Positions 1-9,294 of a stretch of 64,000 bases of DNA are shown piece by piece. Below the pieces are notes generated by a model. The model was not told where the DNA came from. It saw only the letters and a program-made list of their open reading frames with translations, and did no database searches. Numbering within the stretch: the stretch's first letter is position 1; every line of letters starts with the position of its first letter. Origin of the DNA: an uncultured Candidatus Saccharibacteria bacterium. Its GTDB lineage: Bacteria; Patescibacteriota; Minisyncoccia; Phycocordibacterales; UBA2100. The position numbers were made by a program, and so were the translations under genes. The stretch is from contig CAZWFX010000001.1 of the NCBI GenBank assembly GCA_964633425.1, positions 74,687 to 138,686 on the forward strand, given 5' to 3'.

Positions 1-310
1 CCACGACAACGCCTTCCAGTTGACTGTGAGCCAGTAGGCTACTTGCTGCCGAAACCTTGTTGTTTGGCTGATCGTGATTGCCCTTAATGAGGATTAAGTT
101 TGCGTACTTACGAAGCCTTCTTAGGGCCTGATCCCAAAATAACATGACCTCCGAGTCGATGATTGAGTGGTTGTGATAAAGATCCCCTAAGATACAAATG
201 TAATCTACCCTACACTTCTTGGCGGTCGTCTCAATCCCGTCAATCAACCCCCAACAGTCCTTGAACTCAGACGTGACAACATGCGGGTCGCCAACAAACA
301 AAACCTTCAT
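1..310 (-). CDS. SbcD/Mre11-like metallophosphoesterase nuclease (partial, runs off window)
   Basis: Manual translation from ATG at 310: MKVLFVGDPH...ILGDLYH...IKGNHD, the calcineurin-like motifs; ATGA overlap with the upstream gene. Confidence 0.85.
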   Translation of the reverse strand, partial: MKVLFVGDPHVVTSEFKDCWGLIDGIETTAKKCRVDYICILGDLYHNHSIIDSEVMLFWDQALRRLRKYANLILIKGNHDQPNNKVSAASSLLAHSQLEGVVV

Positions 311-585
311 TCCTTAGTACCATGAGCTACTACTTGGGAATAGTCAATCAAAATAAATTCAACACCATCAATCTCTGCCTTACTTCCAATAGCAGCAGTC
401 GCCGAGGCCCCCTGTACATAAACCACGTCCCCAGTCCGATATCGACCAGAATCTAACATCACCCTCAACGAGATTAACTCCCGATGATTCTCCATCCTTA
501 AAAGACCCTTCTCGTTTCTCGTCTTTAAAGAAAGAGTCTCAGGAACGGAAACAGCAACCTTGTTGTTTGTAATTTCAATCTTCAT
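307..585 (-). CDS. GroES/Cpn10-like co-chaperonin
   Basis: 92 aa with GroES pattern MKI..NKVAV...GLL...GDVVYV...EIDGVEFILIDYSQVVA; a GroEL-like gene is in the same window. Confidence 0.6.
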   Translation of the reverse strand: MKIEITNNKVAVSVPETLSLKTRNEKGLLRMENHRELISLRVMLDSGRYRTGDVVYVQGASATAAIGSKAEIDGVEFILIDYSQVVAHGTKE

Positions 586-1688
586 ACGTAAATTCCCTTT
601 AGTTTCAATAACTTACGCTTAAATGGCGAAAGTTGTTTAATGGCTTGGTGCAGTTTAGCGTGGCTTTCCGTGTATTCGGTGATGTTGTCTGGTTGCCAGG
701 AGGGGTCAGCGGCCAGTCCTTCTCCGATGGTGATCATTTTGTCTTTGGACTGACTGCTAGAGTCTTTGGACTCCACGGTATTTTCGGTAGACACGCAGTC
801 AGAAGCCAGCATAAGTTGTGAGGCTTCTTGAACTGAGGTCTTGTCTTCTTTTCTGTCTACGATCTTGTTGACCATTTCGACAAGGCTGTTAATATCTCCG
901 TCCGAGAACTTCTTAAATTTATGTAAGTTATAAAGCTTGCGTTTATCTGGTGGCCAGAAGTGCAATACAGTCTCTGAACCGCGCTCTATGAAATTGCCAG
1001 TCATCCTATTGATGGCGATATTGGCCAATCCGCCAAACGGCTGATCGCTGGGAGGTACGTACTTATCGATGGCCGAAAGGAGCCCTTCTGCGGCGATCTG
1101 GGTTAGATCTAGGTAGCTAAGATGTCCTCGTCCCCTTTGAGTCTTGGAGAAGAAAATCCTAGCTCTAGAGACAGCCAGGGGCATGTTTGTAATGCAGATT
1201 TCATTTCGGATTGCGCAGATGGCCTGATAAAGGGTCTTTATCCTAGAAGTCCACTTCCGTTGTGAGTAGATGAAATGGATTAGCCTGAAATTGGCCCTAA
1301 AAGCCATTAGGCTTCTGGCGTCCTTGGCCTTTAGTGCTGGGGAGATACTGGACTTAAACTTAAGCTGACGTTCTCTAAAGTACGGTCTGGCGTGAAGTAT
1401 ATTGCCCTTTTCTTCTGTAATGTAGCTTACAAATTTCTGATAAGCCCACGGACCCTTTGAGTGTCGCCTTATGGCATCCTGAAACTCAAATTCCAGATCT
1501 AACAGTAATTGAACCTGGAGCCTCTGAGCCTCAAGCGCATCGTCTTTCTTGGCTGCAACATAATCGGTAAATTTTGAAATCTCGTTCTGAATAGACTTAC
1601 AAAATGTCCTGATGTGCTCAGCGGTGTGTTTGTCGTGGACTTGTCCCATTTTGACTCTGGTCTCTTTAAGAAGAAGCGTCCCCGTCAA
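582..1688 (-). CDS. sigma70-family RNA polymerase sigma factor, C-terminally truncated (start could be ATG 1649)
   Basis: Region 2 motifs NMPLAVSRAR / DLTQIAAEGLLSAIDKY / F..LA; ends just after region 4.1-like LHQAIKQLSPFKRKLLKLKG. Confidence 0.8.
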   Translation of the reverse strand: MTGTLLLKETRVKMGQVHDKHTAEHIRTFCKSIQNEISKFTDYVAAKKDDALEAQRLQVQLLLDLEFEFQDAIRRHSKGPWAYQKFVSYITEEKGNILHARPYFRERQLKFKSSISPALKAKDARSLMAFRANFRLIHFIYSQRKWTSRIKTLYQAICAIRNEICITNMPLAVSRARIFFSKTQRGRGHLSYLDLTQIAAEGLLSAIDKYVPPSDQPFGGLANIAINRMTGNFIERGSETVLHFWPPDKRKLYNLHKFKKFSDGDINSLVEMVNKIVDRKEDKTSVQEASQLMLASDCVSTENTVESKDSSSQSKDKMITIGEGLAADPSWQPDNITEYTESHAKLHQAIKQLSPFKRKLLKLKGIYV

Positions 1689-3240
1689 TTATGCGAACAG
1701 GGCCATACAGGTATTCGTAGATCGCCTTGCGCTCATCAGAATGCCTGGCTAGCGTTGGGTGGTTGATCTTGAAATCAATCCAAGTAGCTTCAATCTTTTG
1801 GTTTCCGGTAAATGGGTTATACACCAGACTTTTAGGACCTCCTCTTGTAATCCGACCGACCGACTGCGATACCTCGATTTCAGACATCCCACCCACCAGA
1901 TAAACACCCACCTCCGCCACGCGAATGTCCGTACCGGTAGATACGCAAGAAGTTCCTACTAATACCTGTAGCTTACCATCATTAAAGTCAGCCACCACGT
2001 CATTGGGTTCACATTCACGGAATTTCTCCGGTACCGTGTCACGATTGTCCTTGTTCAAAGGCCCATGAGCAAACCCAACTTTGAGATTGGATATGTGCTT
2101 ATATATCTTGGAAAATTGCTCAATTTCATCAATCCTAATTAAGATAGGTTTTTGAATAGAAGCGAAATGCTGAACAATTTCAGCTACTTTGCTTGCGACC
2201 TTTTCTGAATAGAACAACAGGCGTCGAGTTACCTCATTGGCATCTCCTGAGTTACAGATTTCATCTGGTTCTAGTTCAATGAAGGAAAACTTGGGTTTTG
2301 AAAGGAACCCGTCATCCACCAGGGATTTCAGGGTTTTTGAGTAGACTGCGGTACCGGCGAGTCCTTCCAGCAATAGGTCCTTGCCGTCGTTTCTGAGGAG
2401 TGTGGCGGTTACGAAGAATCTATACGGAGCATTACAGGCCAGTCCTGCGGCGACCTTCTCTTGTGTGGCGGCGGCGATCATATGGGCTTCGTCTACGATA
2501 AAGACCTGGCATTTAGATAGGGCGTCCCATTCTTTAGAATTTGGTTCTACTCTAACCAGCGAGTCGTCTATTCCTATTGTAATTAGCTTATTGACCGTCT
2601 TTTTACCACCACCAAAAAAACCAACGTATTTGTCTCCTAAATGATACTTAAATTCATCATACATCTGCTTTGCGATAGATGTTGATGGTACCATAATTAG
2701 CGTTTTTAGCGCCAATTCCTTAATCACATCAAGAATTATCCTACTCTTACCTCCACCAGTAGCGAGTTCGATAGATGCTGGGCCATATGGAGCAGAGTCT
2801 ATTAAGATCCTGGCTGCTTCTTGCTGATATGGTCTACTGGGGTTCTTGGGAACATTCTTCCACGGAATAAGATCGGGTTCTGGTAATGAGTAAGATCGCC
2901 TGGGAGATCCCGTGTTTAGGATGTCAGCAACCCTTTTTGCAAGTCCGGAATAAACCCAATATCCCTTGCTGTCGTTCTTTAATAGGCATTGATACTCATC
3001 CTTTTCAATAGATAAGATCCTCTGTTTTACCCAATCCAGCTTTCGAAAATACGCCCATTTCCCCATCTTCTGTACCAAAAAGTCCTGATCTCTTAAAAGA
3101 GACTGGAGTTGCTTTCTGGTTCTGTTCAACAGAAAAGACACCTGCTTGTCTTTGTATGTTAACTCAGAAGTCAGGAGCTTAAGAGTTCCTGTGTCGATTG
3201 TGTGGATCCTGAGCTTTAACGGTGTTTCTAGTTCTAACAC
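1666..3240 (-). CDS. SF2 DEAH-box helicase (UvsW/XPB-like)
   Basis: RPYQ, ATGGGKS (Walker A), DEAH, TAT, TGTD and QSVGR motifs. Confidence 0.9.
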   Translation of the reverse strand: MLELETPLKLRIHTIDTGTLKLLTSELTYKDKQVSFLLNRTRKQLQSLLRDQDFLVQKMGKWAYFRKLDWVKQRILSIEKDEYQCLLKNDSKGYWVYSGLAKRVADILNTGSPRRSYSLPEPDLIPWKNVPKNPSRPYQQEAARILIDSAPYGPASIELATGGGKSRIILDVIKELALKTLIMVPSTSIAKQMYDEFKYHLGDKYVGFFGGGKKTVNKLITIGIDDSLVRVEPNSKEWDALSKCQVFIVDEAHMIAAATQEKVAAGLACNAPYRFFVTATLLRNDGKDLLLEGLAGTAVYSKTLKSLVDDGFLSKPKFSFIELEPDEICNSGDANEVTRRLLFYSEKVASKVAEIVQHFASIQKPILIRIDEIEQFSKIYKHISNLKVGFAHGPLNKDNRDTVPEKFRECEPNDVVADFNDGKLQVLVGTSCVSTGTDIRVAEVGVYLVGGMSEIEVSQSVGRITRGGPKSLVYNPFTGNQKIEATWIDFKINHPTLARHSDERKAIYEYLYGPVRIIDGDASS

Positions 3241-3247
3241 GTACAGT

Positions 3248-3255
3248 CTATAGCC
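3248..3255 (-). promoter_or_regulatory. GGCTATA(G) class motif upstream of helicase
   Basis: GGCTATAG 7 nt before the GTG start; member of the recurrent GGCTATAT motif family. Confidence 0.45.
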
Positions 3256-3511
3256 AAATCGATAGACACACGTATCGCCAGGAGAGCCACCGTTCGCCGG
3301 TACCTTTCCTGGAAACCCAGATCTTGGGTTCCGGAAAAATCGCTTCGAAGTTTTCTTGTATCTTGGATGACTAGAAAGTAGAATGCCTGTTCGTGAGGCT
3401 TCCTTGGCAATCCCAATCCATGTGTGTTTTTGGGTTTTTGGGTTTTGGGAGACTCGGATTGGTCTCGATAAGGTTTCTTATATCTAAACCCTATCAAATC
3501 ATCAACTAACG
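3256..3511 (-). other. Structured intergenic region: candidate ncRNA or replication origin
   Basis: Several hairpins and TTTTGGG repeats, downstream of a perfect extended -10 (TGATATAAT, 3526-3518) and an AATCTTT (3543-3537); lies between helicase and initiator genes. Confidence 0.35.
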
Positions 3512-3595
3512 TTTCTTATTATATCACATTTTCGGAAAAGATTCTGTAGTGCCGCTTACACTTTGGTGCGATTTGTCAATTTGTGTCTTTTGCCA

Positions 3596-3624
3596 TTGAC
3601 TACCAGAAACCAAACCACTAGGCT
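3596..3624 (+). promoter_or_regulatory. sigma70-type promoter TTGACT-17-TAGGCT
   Basis: Canonical spacing, directly upstream of the initiator-DnaB operon. Confidence 0.55.
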
Positions 3625-3636
3625 CTTCCATGTAAA

Positions 3637-4458
3637 ATGACCGCTCAGCTCAAAACCGTGCCCTTCTACCTACAGGCCTGGACTCAAGACGAGTTCGTAA
3701 AAACTCTTACGGCAAGAGAGACTGGTATCTATTGGAAATTACTGGTGTTTCAGGCAGAAAACGGGTCTATCCCAGTAGATTTGGCGTCTATGTCGGCGGA
3801 TCTTGGGGTGCCGATCGTGGAGCTGAAGGAGGACTGGCCGAAGCTAAGTGGGAAGTTTCAGCTTGGGGAGGATGGGCGGCTGAGGAACCGAAAGATGCAG
3901 ATGGCGATAGAGTATGCCGAATTCCAGTACCGAAAGAAGGCGGCGCAGGATGCCGCTGAGGCTTTTCGGCAGGCGAGGAAGGGCTATTACGTAACGGATC
4001 AGGCCATGGAGAGGATTTTAAGTACGTTTCCAAGGCGAAACGGAAACCCCAAGGATGGTCACACTCGGGCGATGTCTATGATACGAGCAGCGATTCATTC
4101 TGATGAAGATTTGGAAAGGATGATTGCGGCGATAACGGCATACAAGACGTACTTAACTCATACATACAAGGCCAAGTCCGATCTGCTTCAGTTTACCAAG
4201 AGAATTGACAAGTGGATGGAGTCCTGGCAGGACTGGGTCCCTGAAAAACCGGTGGTCAGGGAGGAGGCGATTGTTCAAATCCCTGACTTTAAGACTGTAG
4301 ATGAGGAGTTGGCGTGGAAGAGGCAGCAGGGTATGTTACCCAAGTACCCTCCTGGGTCCAGGTTTCCCTGGGAGCCAAGGTACGGGGCAACCCCTCTTGA
4401 GCTGAAGGCCATCAGGGAGAAATGGACTGACTCTAAAAAGAAAGAAGCCGTACAATAA
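3637..4458 (+). CDS. YdaU/DUF1376-like replication initiator or helicase loader
   Basis: N-terminal LTARETGIYWKLLVFQ..NGSIP...L.NRKM pattern; directly coupled to DnaB. Confidence 0.6.
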   Translation: MTAQLKTVPFYLQAWTQDEFVKTLTARETGIYWKLLVFQAENGSIPVDLASMSADLGVPIVELKEDWPKLSGKFQLGEDGRLRNRKMQMAIEYAEFQYRKKAAQDAAEAFRQARKGYYVTDQAMERILSTFPRRNGNPKDGHTRAMSMIRAAIHSDEDLERMIAAITAYKTYLTHTYKAKSDLLQFTKRIDKWMESWQDWVPEKPVVREEAIVQIPDFKTVDEELAWKRQQGMLPKYPPGSRFPWEPRYGATPLELKAIREKWTDSKKKEAVQ

Positions 4459-6974
4459 TGTCTGATGATAATCAGTCGGAAAATAGTAAAGTACAAATAG
4501 AGACATCAATTGCCTTTGATGAAGGCAAGCAACTAGCATTCCTCGGATGGCTTTTTAGAGACCCCGGCTTGTTCGCTCAGGCGGCCAGGATCGTAAAGCC
4601 CGATTGGTTTACTGACATTTTTGCCAGGAAAGCCTACAAGGCAATGCTGGAGATCGGAAAGGCCTTTCATCGACACCCAGAGCCAGCAGAAATCCACCAG
4701 TGGAGAGGTCTTAACGGAGAAGACAGTCGAACTCGCGGCAAGATCGAACAGATCGTGTCGAGGGGGATTGAGTCTAGTATGGGGTACGGTCTGGACCTCA
4801 TTCGGTCGGACATGCAGTCGTGGCTGATGGCCACATTGTTTGTTGAGACCATCCAGAAGTCTGTTCCGGTATTTAACTCAAAGGATGTCTCCAGGGCAGT
4901 AGAACTAATGGAGAAGGGGATCTTGAAGATCAAAGCCTCTTCTTTTGCAGACGGGATTCACCAAGGATTTTCAGAGTCCCCATCCAACATGAGTCTTGAA
5001 AGGGCAGATCGGCTTCGTCACAGGGAGCGAATCCTAGAGTACGGAGTGACCTTCTTAGATGACGCCTTGTGTGGGATTCGGCCCACTGAGCTGATTATTC
5101 TAGGGGCCAAGGCCGGATGTCATGCTCTTGGACAAAAAATTAGAATGTTTGATGGATCTGTTAAGGAAGTTCAAGATATTGTATCCGGAGACCTTCTAAT
5201 GGGCACGGACGGAAATCGTCGGGTTGTTACGGGATTAATTACTGGTAAGGGTGTGATGTACAGGGTCTCTCCTGTAAAAGGAGAGCCGTTTGTAGTAAAT
5301 GGAGATCATGTTCTTAAGGTTGCTTGGACAGAATTCGATCAAACGCATTACGTTACGGTTGAACAATTCCTGGCTTGGCCAGTTACGTATCAAAAAAGGT
5401 CCAAGCTAATCCGATCTGGTGGCGTGGACTACAAGGAAGTAAATCTACCAGTCGACCCGTACTTTTTAGGAGTCTTGCTTGGAGACGGCTGCCTGGCTTC
5501 TCATCCGGTTGGAATTACAACGAAAGACCCTGAAATTCTTAGAGAAATTGAAAATCAAGCAGAATTGCTAGACTTACGAATTTCTAAGTTTGATAATAAC
5601 GGGAAAAGATGTCCAACGTATCACCTGCCGAAAAAAAATAGCGCAAAGGGCAGACAGTCATCTCTTGGAAGAGATTTGGAGTATCTTGGATTATTAGGAA
5701 AAAGATCTAACGATAAATTCATCCCAGATATCTATAAAAAATCTGGAAAGAAACAAAGACTGAGTCTACTCGCCGGATTGATTGACACGGACGGATCGCT
5801 TGGATGCTCGGTTTATGACTACATTTCTAAGTCCAAGCAACTATCGTTTGATGTTTGCGAGTTGGCTAGAAGCGTTGGCTTGGCGGCATACGTAAGGTCT
5901 TGTATTAAGACGGACCAGAACGGTGTTTCTGGCGAATACTGGAGGGTTTCTATTTCAGGTAATACTGAAATGGTTCCATGTCGTATTGAAAGAAAGAAAG
6001 CAAATAAGAGAATACAGAAAAAATCCGTATTAAGAACAGGGTTTACGATCCAGGCTATTGGAGAAGAATCTTTTTATGGGTTTGAACTTTCTGATGATGG
6101 AGAATATCTTCTAGAAGATTTCACGGAGACACACAATAGCGGCAAAACCCAGTTAAGTCTGTCTATTGCATTACATAATGCACAAAAAGGAAAGCGCGTA
6201 CATTTTTTCGCACTAGAAGCAGATCAGTACGAAATAGAGCGAAGAATTAAATACTCTATTCTAGCTAACTACTACTACAGCTCAGGAAACCACAAACACA
6301 TCGACTACGGTGCCTGGCTGAATGGGGAACTTGAAGACGAGTTGGGTGAGCTTGAAACCGCCCTTCAGGGCCAGTTTGAAGACGCTGTAAAAAACCTTAA
6401 CCTTCTCTATCGTAGAGACGGTATGTTCGACCTTGATGCCCTCAAGGAAGAACTCCTTAGTCTTGTCGGGAAAACCGACCTGATCATCCTTGATCACCTC
6501 CACTACATCGACACCGACGGGGATGAAGAAAATCGGGTATACGCGGAAGCCATTAAAACTATTAGGGATATTGTCTTAAGGTATGAGATTCCGGTTATTG
6601 TTGTTTGTCACCTTAGGAAGGACTCCACGTTTAAGGGAACTCCTACGATTGTTCCCAAGCTTGAGGACTTTCATGGAACCAGCAATATTGGCAAGATTGC
6701 CACGACGGCGATTATGCTTGGTAGGGCGTTTGACCGGGAGCCTAGCGTCCCTGGGTATTTCTTACAGCCAACCTACATGAGGATTACCAAGTCCCGAATG
6801 GATGGCGGGCGAACGTACTTTGTGGCTCTGACTGAATTCAACACCAGAACCAACTGTTACGAGCCGGTATACAAGCTTGGACGTCCAAGTAATCACGACA
6901 CGGAATGGACTGAGCTGGAAAACCTCTTGCCTTTCCAGAAGAGGCTTGCTAGTATTTTGAACATCACGCTTTAG
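4458..6974 (+). CDS. dnaB: DnaB-like replicative helicase with intein
   Basis: Walker A GAKAG|SGKT interrupted by an intein; FALE, ILDHLH, CHLRK and KSR motifs. Confidence 0.9.
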   Translation: MSDDNQSENSKVQIETSIAFDEGKQLAFLGWLFRDPGLFAQAARIVKPDWFTDIFARKAYKAMLEIGKAFHRHPEPAEIHQWRGLNGEDSRTRGKIEQIVSRGIESSMGYGLDLIRSDMQSWLMATLFVETIQKSVPVFNSKDVSRAVELMEKGILKIKASSFADGIHQGFSESPSNMSLERADRLRHRERILEYGVTFLDDALCGIRPTELIILGAKAGCHALGQKIRMFDGSVKEVQDIVSGDLLMGTDGNRRVVTGLITGKGVMYRVSPVKGEPFVVNGDHVLKVAWTEFDQTHYVTVEQFLAWPVTYQKRSKLIRSGGVDYKEVNLPVDPYFLGVLLGDGCLASHPVGITTKDPEILREIENQAELLDLRISKFDNNGKRCPTYHLPKKNSAKGRQSSLGRDLEYLGLLGKRSNDKFIPDIYKKSGKKQRLSLLAGLIDTDGSLGCSVYDYISKSKQLSFDVCELARSVGLAAYVRSCIKTDQNGVSGEYWRVSISGNTEMVPCRIERKKANKRIQKKSVLRTGFTIQAIGEESFYGFELSDDGEYLLEDFTETHNSGKTQLSLSIALHNAQKGKRVHFFALEADQYEIERRIKYSILANYYYSSGNHKHIDYGAWLNGELEDELGELETALQGQFEDAVKNLNLLYRRDGMFDLDALKEELLSLVGKTDLIILDHLHYIDTDGDEENRVYAEAIKTIRDIVLRYEIPVIVVCHLRKDSTFKGTPTIVPKLEDFHGTSNIGKIATTAIMLGRAFDREPSVPGYFLQPTYMRITKSRMDGGRTYFVALTEFNTRTNCYEPVYKLGRPSNHDTEWTELENLLPFQKRLASILNITL
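5118..6137 (+). mobile_element. Intein with LAGLIDADG homing endonuclease in DnaB P-loop
   Basis: Starts CHALG, block B NGDH, LGVLLGDG and LAGLIDTDG, ends THN|S. Confidence 0.92.
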
Positions 6975-6998
6975 AGCTACAGACGACAAAGGAGACCA

Positions 6999-7472
6999 AT
7001 GTACAAAGAGATCATGCAGGCGACGCAGAGACAAACCAAGGTGACCAAGGACGAGTGCCGGAAGGTACTGGCCGAGTTTGCTGAAAACATGAAGGAATAC
7101 CTGACAGCCTCATGGCTTGAGGAGGATCGGGTAAGTTTTTTCAGGACAGGTGCGAGTATTCCTCGGGCAGGCGAGGACAAGGAGGACTACAGTGCCTTCA
7201 ACGACCTGATCGAGAACGGTGACTACGCGGCAGCCATGGCCAAGGCCATGAAGGGGGCTCAGGACAGGATTCTTTCTCTTGACTGGACCTTTGAACCCAT
7301 CGTGGTCTTCTGGAAGAGTCGTCCGTACGAGATCGAATTCAGCGCGGAGGCTCTTAAGGCGCACCTTAAGGAACTGGTATCAAACAGTGCCTTTATTTAC
7401 ATCGCGGTTAACGGGAAAGGTCCGGCGCCAACCCAGCCAGAAATCCAACAGGCCAGAGCCTCTTCAAACTAA
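6999..7472 (+). CDS. hypothetical protein
   Basis: 157 aa ORF with AAGGAG Shine-Dalgarno, in operon context. Confidence 0.75.
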   Translation: MYKEIMQATQRQTKVTKDECRKVLAEFAENMKEYLTASWLEEDRVSFFRTGASIPRAGEDKEDYSAFNDLIENGDYAAAMAKAMKGAQDRILSLDWTFEPIVVFWKSRPYEIEFSAEALKAHLKELVSNSAFIYIAVNGKGPAPTQPEIQQARASSN

Positions 7473-7480
7473 GGCTATAT
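7473..7480 (+). promoter_or_regulatory. GGCTATAT motif upstream of GroEL
   Basis: Exact recurrent motif 9 nt before the TTG start. Confidence 0.5.
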
Positions 7481-7489
7481 TCATGGTGA

Positions 7490-9289
7490 TTGGAAAACCG
7501 TAAAGCAAAGACTGCAAGCAAGATTGTAGTCCCTAAGGGACCACTCCTAACCAAGAGGAAGCTCTCCGCAATGGAGAGAATCTCCAATATCGTTGGAGCC
7601 ACACTCGGACCTGGCGGAAGTCCGATTCTTATCGAAAGATACGAAAACGACATGCCGCCGCTAATTACAAAAGACGGGGTTACCGTTTTCAAATCTCTGG
7701 GATTTGAAGATCCTCTTGAGCAGGTGGTCTTGGATTCTGCCCGCGATGCCGCCATCAAAACGGCCAACATCGCCGGTGATGGGACAACGACAGCTACCAT
7801 TTTAGCTGAGTCTTTTGTTCGACAAATCCACGAATATTGTGAAAAGAACCCCACCTTTAGTCCGCAGGGACTGATCCGCGAACTTTACAGTGATTACGAA
7901 GAAGTCCTAGAGCCGATTTTGAAGGCCCTAGTGTTTAAGCCAGGGTCTTGTTCCTTTAGCGACTCCAAGGAATATCCGTACGACGTATATCACGGAGTGG
8001 CTGCCATTTCGGCCAACGGCGACAAGCCTCTTGCTGAGGCCGTTATGAAGTGTTACGGATTGGTCGGCGACTACGGCAACGTCTCGATCGTTGAGGCTTC
8101 TGGAAACGCAGCCTACGAGGTCGAAGCTATGGATGGCTATTTCCTGGGGTCTGGGTACCAGGATCTGGGCCAGTTCTACCCAGCCTTCATAAATGACGCA
8201 TCGCGTCAGGTGGCCAGGCTGGAGAGACCCCGGTTTGTTTTGTATTTTGGCAGGATCAACCACTTAAATTCTCTGTATCAGGCCATTTCAGATCTGGCAG
8301 AGGACTTTGACTGTAAAAATCAGACCGGTGAAAGTAAGTACGAGAACCATGACGTGGTTGTGGTCTGTACTGGCTTTAGCGAACAGGTACTTGGGACCTT
8401 GGCCGCCGGGTTCCAGACCAGCTCGGTCCTGAACGTTTACCCGTTGGTGATTCCAAAGATGCCGATGCAAAACGGGCAACTTCAGTTTCTACAAGACCTG
8501 TCTGCTATCACAGGTGCCAAGGTCTTCAATCCGCTGGACGCCCCTCTGGAGACCTGTACGACCCAAGATCTTGGTCCAGGAGTCGAGGCCTTTGAGGCAC
8601 ATGGATTCAAATCTAGCGTGATTGGCTTTGCTGACGGCTGCGAAGAGGCCGTCCTCAAGCAGGCTGATGCCATCCGGACTCAACTAATTAACCCCGAGTC
8701 TCAATTGGAACAGATCTGGCTTCAAGAACGTCTGGCTAAAATCACCAATGGTATCGCCAAGTTGATTGTAAGAGGATCGTCTACTGTCGAGGTTCGAGAG
8801 CGGAAGGATCGGGCCGAGGATGCTGTTTGTGCTGTCAAAGGAGCCATTCATCACGGGGTATTGCCTGGAGGCGCCTGGGCCATGGAGGCTCTGTCGTATT
8901 CGGCGCATCAGTGTAAAAGCGAGGCTTCCCGGAGTATCTTCAAGAAGGTCTTTTCGGAACCTCTGACTCGGTTGTTAAACAACGCGGGGTTGGTGGATCC
9001 GGCGCGTGTTGAAGCCATTCGATCTGAGATTCACAGAGGATTTACGTTTAATTCAAAGGCTCCTCTGGTTTATGACGCACTGAGTCATAAGATAGTTAAC
9101 CCTCATGACGTGTATCTGTACGACTCAGCTCAGGCAGTCTTTGAGTCCATTAAAAATAGCTTCTCTATCGCCAGCGTGGTCGGGACTCTTGGAGGCGTCG
9201 TGGCCTTCAAAAGAGACGACGAGCTGGAGCGCCAGGCCGCCAGAGAATATGCGCAAGACTACAAAGAAATGAATGAATATAAGGAATAA
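7490..9289 (+). CDS. groEL: GroEL-like chaperonin
   Basis: TLGPGG, ITKDGVTV, AGDGTTTAT, ERLAK, KDRAEDAVCA, GVLPGG motifs; no GGM tail. Confidence 0.95.
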   Translation: MENRKAKTASKIVVPKGPLLTKRKLSAMERISNIVGATLGPGGSPILIERYENDMPPLITKDGVTVFKSLGFEDPLEQVVLDSARDAAIKTANIAGDGTTTATILAESFVRQIHEYCEKNPTFSPQGLIRELYSDYEEVLEPILKALVFKPGSCSFSDSKEYPYDVYHGVAAISANGDKPLAEAVMKCYGLVGDYGNVSIVEASGNAAYEVEAMDGYFLGSGYQDLGQFYPAFINDASRQVARLERPRFVLYFGRINHLNSLYQAISDLAEDFDCKNQTGESKYENHDVVVVCTGFSEQVLGTLAAGFQTSSVLNVYPLVIPKMPMQNGQLQFLQDLSAITGAKVFNPLDAPLETCTTQDLGPGVEAFEAHGFKSSVIGFADGCEEAVLKQADAIRTQLINPESQLEQIWLQERLAKITNGIAKLIVRGSSTVEVRERKDRAEDAVCAVKGAIHHGVLPGGAWAMEALSYSAHQCKSEASRSIFKKVFSEPLTRLLNNAGLVDPARVEAIRSEIHRGFTFNSKAPLVYDALSHKIVNPHDVYLYDSAQAVFESIKNSFSIASVVGTLGGVVAFKRDDELERQAAREYAQDYKEMNEYKE

Positions 9290-9294
9290 AAATA

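Noticed and set aside
3234-3497. 87-aa minus-strand ORF
   Set aside because: TTG start without SD, no recognisable motif, and it runs through hairpins and simple repeats; not excluded but unsupported
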